This document shows, piece by piece, positions 49,071 to 59,600 of a stretch of DNA of 64,000 nt; within the stretch, counting starts at the first letter, position 1; each line of letters opens with the position of its first letter. The translations under genes were made by a program, and so were the position numbers. Source of the DNA: Hyaloraphidium curvatum SAG 235-1 (Eukaryota > Fungi > Monoblepharomycota); contig JAIVFI010000005.1 in the NCBI GenBank assembly GCA_025558095.1, forward strand, positions 682,001 to 746,000, written 5' to 3'. Below the pieces are notes generated by a model. It searched no databases and was not told where the DNA came from. It saw only the letters and a program-made list of their open reading frames with translations.

Positions 49071-51246
49071 ATGGCTCCGCCATCTCTGCCGCGGAAACTT
49101 CTTGCGGAAGATGTTGCGGCCGGGATCGTTGGGGTCGCGAAGAGCTCGCACCCGAAGGACGCGTCCGTCAACTATGTTTACGGGACCGCGGGGTTCCGCA
49201 TGAAGTCAGTGTCGCCAGAACCCCGCTGGCCTTTCGCGCACCATTGACGAAGCGCCTACGGATCGCTTGGGCTTGCCGCATCGACCGGGCCAATTTCATT
49301 CGTGCGCGGTTCTGGTCACGCCGGGTGGTGTCTCGGACTCGGATCCGCGCTCGACGTGGGCCGGCAGAGCGTCCCTTCTGGACCCTGTGATGTACCGAAT
49401 GGGACTTTTGGCTGTCTTGCGCTCACAGAAACTAGGAGGAAAGGTCATCGGTGCCATGGTCACGGCGTCCCATAACCCCGCCGAGGTAGCATGCGACGCT
49501 GCAGTTACCGCGAGCGACTGGCGCTAACGCGCTCGCAGGATAATGGAGCCAAACTCGTGGAACCTCTGGGAGAGATGCTGCTTCAAGCTTGGGAGGGCTA
49601 CGCGACGCGCATCGCCAACGTGCCCGAAGCCGACCTCCCCGAGATGATAGCCGACCTGATCGATGCCGAAGACATCGACACGTCAATCGAGGCAAACGTT
49701 GTCATTGCCAGAGATACTCGGTATGGACTTGACAAGGTCGAACCGATGTTTGCGTGACTGGCTTCCTCCCGAAAGAGCGTCCGGTCCCGCGCTTGTTCAA
49801 TCCTTTGCCGATGGCGTGCAAGCCATGGGGTTCGCCGTCAGCGACTACGGAATCTTCACCACTCCGGAGCTCCATTACGTGGTCCGGTGCTTGAACACGT
49901 GGAACACGCTGGACGCGTACGGCTTTCCCTCTGAGGAGGCGTACATCTTGAAGCTCGCCAAAGCCTACCGTCGAGTGGTCGGCGAACGCGTACCCTCGAA
50001 AGGTCAACTGGTGATCGACTGCGCGAATGGTGTGGGCACGGTCGCGATGGGCAAGATGTTGAAGGCTCTTGGTAGCTCTGTCTCCGCCCGTTTGGAAAAC
50101 GTGGACGTCGACAACTATGAATCACTGAATCACAACGTGCGTAGGAAGCTGCCGTATCTCCTCCGCTTGCTACTGGATCAACGCGCCTCAGTGCGGGGCA
50201 GATTTCGTCAAGCTGTACCAGACCAAGCCAAAAGGCATGGAGACCGAGCCCGGGCATCGCTACGCGTCATTGGACGGCGACGCCGATAGGGTCGTCTTCT
50301 ACTACGTTACAGAAGGCACGGTTAGCTTGCCCGAGATTTTGTGCCGACGGCTCACCATCAACTGGCCTCAGACGGCTCCTTCCGACTCCTGGATGGTGAC
50401 AAGATCGCCACGCTCCTTGCTGCGTTCATCATCGATTTAGTGAGAGACGCCGGACTGTCCGACAAGATCGCCGTCGGCCTCGTGCAGACAGCGTATGCAA
50501 ACGGAAGCTCTACCCGCTATGCTAGGGAGGCTCTTGGTGTCCCGGTTGCCATGGTCCCCACGGGGGTCAAGCACCTGCATCACGAAGCCCAGCACTACGA
50601 CGTCGGAGTCTACTTTGAAGCCAACGGCCACGGTACGATACTGTTCAGCGACAATGCGACAGCGATGCTGAGGGAGCCCAGAAGGTGAGCTCCTCTTGTT
50701 CGCACTTCGCCCATGGCACCTGCGAGCTTTCTTGTTCGTAAGCAACCCGACGGAGGCTTCTGCCGCGGCGAGCCTTCTGGCCCTGGCGGACCTGATCAAC
50801 CAGGCCGTCGGCGATGCTGTTTCGGATCTGCTTGCCGTCGAGGCGGTCCTGGTTTGCAGAGGTTGGACGCTGCCGGACTGGGACTCTGTGTACGACGACG
50901 TGCCAAACAGGCAGGAGAAGGTCAAGGCAAGTGTGGCATGCGGCGTCAGGCGTCCAATCGTGTAACCTGGTTCCAGGTCAAGGATCGATACGCCTTCAAG
51001 ACCACCAACGCGGAGCAGACACTCACTGCGCCCGACGGCCTGCAGGCTCGCATCGACGCCGAGGTCTCAAAGTACTCGAAGGGGAGATGCTTTGTCCGCC
51101 CGTCGGGAACCGAGGACATCGTGCGGGTGTACGCGGAAGCAGACACCCGGGAAAACACGGACAAGCTGGCCTGGACCGTTGGGGCCGTCGTCTTTGACCA
51201 GTACGGGGGTACCGGAGAGCGCCCAAAGCATTTCCCTCAGTTGTAG
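49071..51246 (+). CDS. PCM1: Phosphoacetylglucosamine mutase (PGM3/AGM1), multi-exon
   Basis: [64 protein letters not shown]. Confidence 0.97.
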
Positions 51247-51355
51247 CGTTGTACCCGGCAGGTTTATCGATGCTTTTATCTATGTCCCGCATCTACAATT
51301 CCAATCACGTCTTTATTTTCTCATGAGCCCCTTCGCGCACCGTGCTAGAGTCAAC

Positions 51356-53599
51356 TCAGTACCGGAGAAGGTGCCACCGGCGAATGTCCTCGATGCTCTT
51401 GTCCTTGAAGTACTGGGCTTCGTTCTGCCTCGCCAGAATAAAAACTTTGCGCATCTCCTCCCCCAGAGCAGTCTTCCAGAGCGGATCCGCAGCGAAAAGC
51501 TCCAGCGACTTTTCCATGGTGTTGGGCAGCTTGACGATGCCCCGAGCCTGTCAGGAAGTCATTAGCCTGCCGCACATGCCCAGGGCGTGCCCGATCTCCG
51601 AACCTTCTGCTCCTCGGGGCTCAGATCAGCGGGATCGCATTGCGTGTTGACGGGCAGCGACAGGCCGCGCTCCATGCCGTCGAGGCCGGCCGCAAGGATA
51701 ATGCCCAGAGCGAGGTAGATATTGGAGGTGCCCTGGAGGCAATCGGCGTCAGGATGGATTGCGGCCTGTTTCGCGACGGCCCGGAGCTCACGTCGATGCA
51801 CTTTATCTCAACGTTGTTGACCTTGCCAAAGGTGTCCTCCGTGACGCGGACGGGTGTCTCCTTGTTCTCGTAGCCCCACGCAGTGTACACGCCCGCCCAA
51901 GCGGAGTCGACCACGCGGAACTGCGACGCAGCCGAGGGCAAGGTCACCGCGACAAGGCTGGGAAGGTGCTCCAGGATCCCGGCCATGAACGCCTGCCCGT
52001 GCTTGGAGATTCCTGCGGGGGTAGACATCTCTCGTCAGACCCGAAGGACACAACGAGGTCGACCCGGACGTAAACTACGTACCCAGTTTGTCGTTGAAAT
52101 CCGGGTAGACGTTCTCTGGAGGTGCAGCAGGGCTTCAGAGGCGTTCGCAGCAACTGCCTCAACCAACGTACCCCCGGTCTTGATGTCACGGAAGGAGAAG
52201 TGAACGTGAGATGCCGAGCCTGCCTGATCGGCGTACACCTTGGGGGAGAAGGTGGCTTTCATTCCGTGCTTGGCCGCGATCGACTTGACGGCATCGCGGA
52301 TGAAGATCGTGGCGTCGGCAAGCTCCATGGCCTCCAGCGGCGACGTCGTGATTTCGTACTGCCCGTCGCTGCACTCCGTGTGGTACTGTGGACGACGGAC
52401 GTGAGCACGAGCGGCACAGCGCGTCTGTGATGGCCCCTCAAACCTGGTTCAGGGCTGCGACGGCACCGTCAGCTCGTCCCCAACGGGAACGCAGCATTAG
52501 ACTCACGAATGCCGACATCAATCATCGCCGTCACAATCTCGTCCATGACCGCAGCCATGTTGCCCATCAGGCCGGCCGTCTCGGAGTAGTTGCACTTGTT
52601 GACGGCAATGGCGCAGCCCTCCGCGTCAACGTCGGTGTAGAAGATGAACTCGTTCTCCACGCCGGCAATGACCTCGTAGCCGTACTTCTCTTTGAAGACT
52701 GCCAGCTGCTTAGCAAGGAAGGTGCGGGGGCAGAGGCCCCAGGGCTTGTGTTCTAGCGGTTTCCCGTCAGCCGTTTGATTTCGAAACCCACAGAGTCCCA
52801 GCAGACACTAACCCGATGTGTAGAGGTTGCCCATCACCATCGAGTGGTTCTTGTACCACGGGATGGCCTTCATGCTCTTGAAGTCTACCGGGAATGATCA
52901 GCCGTGATCCAGGCTTGTTTTCGCAAAAGTACCCACCGGGCTTCATGACAACGCCACCAGAGACACCAGCATCGCCCATGCCAGGAGCCACGCTGTCGTA
53001 CATCATCGGCAGGGACATGGCTGATGGGGAACGGAATGATCAGCAACGAACGTAACCGTGTGATCCACATGACCGCCGGAAGCGATTGTGACCCTCCTAA
53101 CGCTTCCGACAGGCGCCATGAGACACGAGAACCGTGCCACTAACCTCCACCAAAGACAGGTGTGCCCTTGTCGGCCACGGACGAGAAGATCCGTTCGGCG
53201 GGGATCACACGGCACCGGGTGAGGGCCCTGGAGCACAAAGCAGCGGGGGAAGGAAAAGAAGGAAGGTCAGAATCATCGGAATCACGACCGGAAACAGCCC
53301 AGGCCGAGCGATACGCGATAGAGCACCGGGAGACGCCCGCGTGGCGGCGGAGGCAAGCTCTTGCCCAGAGCCCGCTGCTACGGTTTCCCCAGAAGCGGGG
53401 GGGGGAGCAGCCTCCTTGTCCTTCGCCTGCCGGGTCTGGCGCCCGCGCCAACACGTCGCGCAGGACACGACGCCACCGCGCGAGTATCAACCCACGCAAA
53501 GTCCGTCCAGAGGAGGCGGACAAACTTGCTGCCGGCATCGGCGACAATCTTCTCGGCCTTGGCCGCGTCCTCCGACTTGGTGGGACCGTTGGCTGCCAT
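51356..53599 (-). CDS. Glutamine synthetase type I-like gamma-glutamyl ligase (FluG C-domain-like), multi-exon
   Basis: KFVRLLWTD, CPRTFL, GVENEF, QYEI, FSPKVY..AGSASHVHFS, AWGYENKETPVRV, VEIKCID/GTSNIYLAL. Confidence 0.88.
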
Positions 53600-53760
53600 C
53601 GCGTCGACTGTGGAGTGTTCGAAGTGGGCTCGAAGAGGCAAAGATGCGGGACGGGATTGGCGTTGGTCTCGAACCCAATCTGACCGATCGGTGCGATTGC
53701 ACAGCCGCACCCGAACACCCGATCATCCGCCGCGAGCGGAATTATGAGAGCGATCATCAA

Positions 53761-55513
53761 TCAGAGGGCCGAGGCGCGTTCTACGATAAGCATCCCCCAA
53801 GCGGCTCCATCACCCAGCGCTTCGTCCAGATCGATCGCGTGACGGATCTGCGGCAGATCGAAGATTGAGGAACCACCTTGGTGTGTAAGAGTCTGCTAGC
53901 AAGGACTCACCAGGTGAGGAAACGTCGCCCTGATCTGCCTGAACCACTTGAGAGCGGCGGGAACGACGATCAAACACACGGGCTGCCCAGCATGGCGGCA
54001 ATCGACCCCTCCTCCGATCGCGGGTCCCGCCCTCATCGCCGCAAGCATCGCGCGAGCGACCTCGGCCGGCTGAGGCGAGAAGGTAACGAACTCGACGCCG
54101 AGCACGATCGGGTCCCCCAGGTGGAACAGGAGGAGATCGAGGCGGATGCTGCCAAGGCGGAGGATGTCGCGATCGCCAACCGAGCCGAGCGCAACGGGAG
54201 CGGTGCTTGATGCGCCCAACGGATCGACGATGCGGAGCATCCTTGTGACGCAATGCGAAGTTCCGAAGGCGAGCGTAATGTCTTGCGCTACAGGCTCGAC
54301 CGCGAGCAGGGTCGGCCGGGGCTGAAGCGGGACGAGGCCCGGAAGCTGCATGGCCCAGGTACCCGAGGCCTGCGAAAGCGGGACGGCGCTGGCGGCAGGT
54401 TCCGAGACCAACGTCATAGATGATGCCTGTCGTTCTGCGTCGTGAGTCTTCTCCAAACGTTCTTTCGTAGTCATGCTTTTCATCATCTCGGTGATTGAGC
54501 TCAGAAGCTGCGTCTGCTTGGCAAGCTGGCTTTCCGGTATCCTCGCATCGCGTTTCGAAAGCTGCGTCTGCTTGGCAAGTTGGCTTTCCGGGATCTTTGC
54601 ATCCCGTTGTTTGCGGCCCTGCCGATCGGCACCGCGTTTCGCAGCTTCCGACTTGATCGAGTCCTTGCCACGGTCGGCATCCGTGGTCGACTTTCGCCTC
54701 GACGCGTTGCCGCCCGAAGAGTCCACTTTCGTCCCCTTTGTTTTGGCCGCATCAGGCTGCACCGCCGTGGGTGACTTGGGAGACGGCGGGGGCGCCTCCG
54801 GATCAATGTCCGTGAGGCAAACGACCTTCCCTTCCGCCGCCCAGGCCTATCGATCGAACAATCAGTGTGAGGAAGCCGACGTGGTCCTCATTGACTCACA
54901 GGCTGCCTCCTCGCCGCGTAGGCCATTGCCCTGGCCCCCGCATCGGGATTGGGGAAGAGCAACGAAGCCGACGTGAAAGGCACCGAAGCGTCTTGAGGAA
55001 CTACTCCTGGGCGCCGGACAAGCCTGCGAATAGCGATTCGACAATGAGCACAGATCGCTTGGCAGAGATCGCGACCCACTTGTGCTGGGGCTGTGAGATC
55101 CACGATTCGACCTGCGCCGCGGTGGTCGACGAGGGCAGGTTCGTGGCAAAAAGACGGTTGCTGTCCGGATAGTGGAAACCACCAAGAGTCGGCTCTGTCT
55201 TCGCCTGGTCAAGGAAGCTTGCCGCCGACGCGTGGTCGGGAAACATGAGGACCGCCTGGCCCCCGTCCTCGATGATGCAGAGGTCCTGAAGCTCCCCAAG
55301 GCGCTTGCATGTGTCCCAAAGGTGCGGCAAGGCCGCTCCCGCGGGGACGGAGCCGAGCAGGACTGCCGAGTCGCCCTCGAGGTCGCGGACTTTCGGCACC
55401 GTAACGGCCTTGGACGGCGGTGAAACCGTCCGCTCCGGCGCCTCCGCAGCTGGAGACACGTTGTGCATAGAGGACGATCGCTGGCTCGCAGCCGGCTCAG
55501 TCGCGTTGGACAT
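53761..55513 (-). CDS. Hypothetical protein with degenerate RRM-like domains, multi-exon
   Basis: ORFs 55001-55513 and 53896-54762 plus a short last exon. RRM-like segments (AVLLGSVP..AVLMF; RLFATNLP); 42-bp coding tandem repeat at ~54506-54605. Exon joins uncertain. Confidence 0.5.
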
Positions 55514-55616
55514 GACGGTGAATCGAGTGCGAGAGGCGTCTCTCGTCGCGCCAAGTCACCCTCGCCGCCCGCCGCCCTCCAACGACCCCCCCAACGTCAC
55601 GCCGCATCCCGCCGCG

Positions 55617-56428
55617 ATGTCGCTACTTCGCCGTGTGATGTCTCATTTTTGGGTCCCGACGAGCTCCGCGGATTTGAAATGGCTTTACTTGGTCAATCCG
55701 CGGCACTACGACCTTCCCCTCCTCCCCGGCCCCAACGAGTGGGTGAGGGCGCTGTTGGGGAAGAAGCGGGTCTTGATGCCGTCTCTATGCAGATACCGGT
55801 CGCCGGCCCCCGCTTCGCAGGCTCCGTACAAGAAGCCGGTCGCGAAGGATTCGCGCCACTCGGGCGTCGACCCCGCAACCTCGGTGAGTCTCGGAAGATG
55901 GCATCCTACGCGCTCTTCCTTACGCCGTACGAACGTTACCTCGCTGCAGCACTACTATTGGCCTCGGGATCTTCGTCGGTCATACCCCAAGCCGGCAGTC
56001 TACACGCAGGGTGACATCGCCGGCCTCCTTGCCGGTTCCGCCGAGAAGCAGTGAGTATTGCGCGGCGCTCTGCCACGGGAAACCCGAAGACAATCAAGCC
56101 CTCCTGCGAGTGGAGGCGCTTGCAATACTAGTTGGGAAGATTCCAGTCAACGCCGGCCTATCTCCCGCGGCTCTCCTTGCGACACGAGCCCCGGGTTAAA
56201 TACCCGTCGAAGATTCGCCATCCTGGAGGTGCAGCAGTATTGATCACGTGCCCGCACCGCAGGCTTTCCGGTGGCGAGGGCGGTGCCGTCACTGCCGCCG
56301 GCCAGTACTCCGTCAGCAACCTGCCGCCGACGCCAGGCAACGGTCGCAAGTGGGGGAGCAAGCCGCACCCCGACGTCGACCAGCTTCCCACGGCGGTGTG
56401 GCCGTATCCGTTGGTGCTTAAGTCGTGA
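55617..56428 (+). CDS. NDUFA7: Complex I accessory subunit, 21.3-kDa NUZM/NDUFA7-like, multi-exon
   Basis: YRSPAPASQ..., YYWPRDLRRSYPKPAVYTQGDIAGLL and LPPTPG resemble the fungal NUO-21.3a family. Confidence 0.75.
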
Positions 56429-56649
56429 TGGAAGCCATGACATCGATCTCCCCCAATTTTCCCGACCCCTGGCCCTGCCGCAGTCTCCACCGCAGCGACC
56501 ACAAGAGGCTCGTCCTCGTCCGAGTCCGGAATGACGTACGCCGGCGCCGCCATTCCTCCCGGAGCGTGCGACGCGTCGAAGCAGTGTTTGCATGAGACCG
56601 CGCGCGGCGGGCGTGAGTTCCAGCGTACGCGCGGACGAGCAGCGACTGC

Positions 56650-59600
56650 ATGAGTTCCCATACCAGACGACAACGTTTGCCCTTCCCGCACGGGGCCGAT
56701 GGGTGAGGTCCGCACGCGTGCCACGTGCCCGTGAGGGCGCAGCGTCGTCCTACGCCGCTTAGCGGTCAGGTTCCAGATGGGCAAAGAGTCCCGGCGTTGG
56801 CACAAAATCCGGCCGCCGCGTGGAATGAAAAAGGATGCCGGATCTATTCGCACATCGCCAAGGACGAGCTCGGCCTCGAGTTCAGGAAGAACACAACCTC
56901 GGACAAGGAGATTGCCGACAAGGACAAGTCGCTTTACCTGCACCGCAGCATCCTGCGACTCGCGCCCTTCGCCTCGTGGGCCCCGCGAGCGCCCGTGGAG
57001 AAAGGTTCCGCTCTCGGAATCCCGGAGGAGCTGGACCTCGCTACCTATTTCCGCCCGGCACCACCCGTCGACGAGGGCAACGCCGTCGGGGACGCGGAGC
57101 CGCCGCCGGCTACGGCTTCCACGACCGCGGAGCTCAAGTTCACGGCGGAGCCGTTGACGCCGGCGCTGAGGCAGGAGTACCTCGACGCGACGCGCAATGG
57201 ACACCTCGCGCAGGCCATGCTGGGAGTGCTGTCGGCGATGGAGGCGGCTGCCGGGCTCGGCGGCAACGAGTTCATGACGCGCGTTGAGGCGGTGTACCGG
57301 ACGACAACGATCGGGGGTCTGGAGCCGCGGCACGGGAACCCGGCCGACGCCGGTGGCCGCTGGGTCTACGGGGACCTGTCCGAGATCGTGGACCCGCGGC
57401 TGCCGACGACCGAGATCTGCGCCAACTGCCCCAAGGGCGACGTGGTGCTGGGCTCCCGCCGCTACTTCCTTAACGCGACCAACAGGATCTTCTTCACCGC
57501 CCTCGACACCACCGCTTTGGACCGGCTTCGAGGTCTGCTGGCCGAGACGACGGTGGGCTCGCCTCCGCCATGGACGCGCTCATGTCTGATCCGCGCACGG
57601 CCGTGTCGCAGGACGAGGCGACCAAGACGGCCATCGGCAACGACATCGCCGTCATTGAGTTCGAGCTGCATTTTGCACGCCCGCGACACGCAGCCCGCCG
57701 ACTTTGACGATCAGCACTGGCCCAAGGCGACTCGCGCCCGCGCCCGCGTGATGGGCAACCTGGTCTTCACGGACGCTGGCAAAACCTGCCCCCTCCTATT
57801 CGTGGGCATCGTGCGCACACTGCCTCTGATGCGTTTCCTGACAGCCCTTTTGCGCCCAGATCGACGGCGACGATGATTGTTGCTGTTGCGACAGCATGTC
57901 TAAGATGATGGGAGGCGGCGAGTGGGATGCCGACGTCGCCAAGCGAGCTCTGCTCCTTCACCGCCGCATCCAGCTCGAGCACCTTCGGCTGGAACTCGCA
58001 GCATTCCGCCCGACCTTGGTCATCGGCTTGGGGTCAAACATGGCCCGGATGCTGTGCTCCACGAGCGGGAGCCCTCACCTGCCCAAGCGCTCCCTTCCGT
58101 TTGCGACCGGCGGCATCCTCAACGTGGAATTCAACGTGCGCGGCTCCGATCCCGCAACCGCCTTCCAGCTCGCGGTCGCGCCGCACCCTGTGGCATGCGC
58201 AATGCTGCCCTCCCACCTGGCCGACTCGGTCACCGCCCTCTGCCTCCTCCCGAACCCTGCCAAGGCGGAGGCCGGAGCGGTGTTCGACCCGTCGTCGTAC
58301 TCGGCGGTCGCCGCGCTGGACGCCGCGTCTCGGCTCGCGGCGCGCACTATCGTCCCTGAGGTCTTCACTTTCTGGCCCGAGCGGGGCACCGAGGGCGTCA
58401 CCCACCTGGAGTCGCTCCCCGCGGCTCACCAACGGATCCCTGAGTCGTTCATACCCAGCTGGCTGATATCGAGCTGCGCCAACCTCTTCACGTCGGGCTT
58501 CAAGGAAAAGTTCAAGGACCGGTTCCAGGCCTACCTTGAGATCTTCGCTGCGAATGGCCTCCGCGACCTCGCCTTCGGGAAGTCCCGCACGTACCTGGAT
58601 CGGGCCACCCGCGCGCGGATTGGGCAAGATGCGCCCGCACCGCCGGCAGGCCTCCTGGGCGCGCTGGCCTACCGGCTGCGGTGTCTGCTGGTCCCGCGGT
58701 CCGGTCAGGCGGCGTCTGCTGCGGTCGCCGAGGATGGGGATGAGGTTGCCGTGCTGCTCGAGGACGACGGGCAGGACGCGGTGGCGCTGACGCCGCGAGA
58801 GAGCGTCGCCGCCATCTACGGCCTGAAGCCGCAGGTTGCGGATATCGTCAAGGATCTGGATGGCCTCGGGCGGCATTTTCTGGAACGTTCGTCGGACAGG
58901 ACGCGCGCCAGCACCCAGTCCCTCCTGGATGCCGCGCGCGACCTTCTCTTTGGAGCTCCGGGCGGTGCCGCGCGCCTCCGTCCGATCGCCGACATCCGCC
59001 GCGACGCCGGGCTCGGCGAGGTCGCGTTGACGGACCTGAAGCTCGACGATAAGCTGGGATTTGTCCGGAGCGCTGTCGTGGCTGGGGACCTGAACCAGCG
59101 GCTCACGCCGAGGCTCCATGCGGGCGATCGCTTCTCCAACCTGGACAACGCGGTGTTTGGGAAGTGGCTTGCAGCGTACGTCGGCTTCCTGCTGCGCCAA
59201 GACGAGGGCGGGAAGGACGAGTTCGGTGCTTCCGTGTCGTTTGGCCTGGCGGACTCCCTGGACCACTGCAGGATCCCTGGGGCGGCAGACGGTAGGGTTC
59301 TGGCCAAGGTCAAGAAATGTCTCCGGGACCAGGATCCCGGCGTGAAACTCGAAGGAGGCGACGTGTCCACCCTCCTCCGCAACTATGCCTTGCCAGGCGC
59401 CGTGGCGCTTGGCGCCGGCTCTCCCCGAGATCGACTTCATCGTGAATCGAGCAACTACATCGCGTCGAACGGTGTCGCCACCAGGGTGCTCTTTGAGCAC
59501 CCGCATCATACCAAGGGCTTCAACCGGCTGGGTGGGGCGCGCAGCGCAGTCAAGGTAATGGCATGCTCGCAGCCAAGTTGATGGTCCGCTGACGGTCGAC

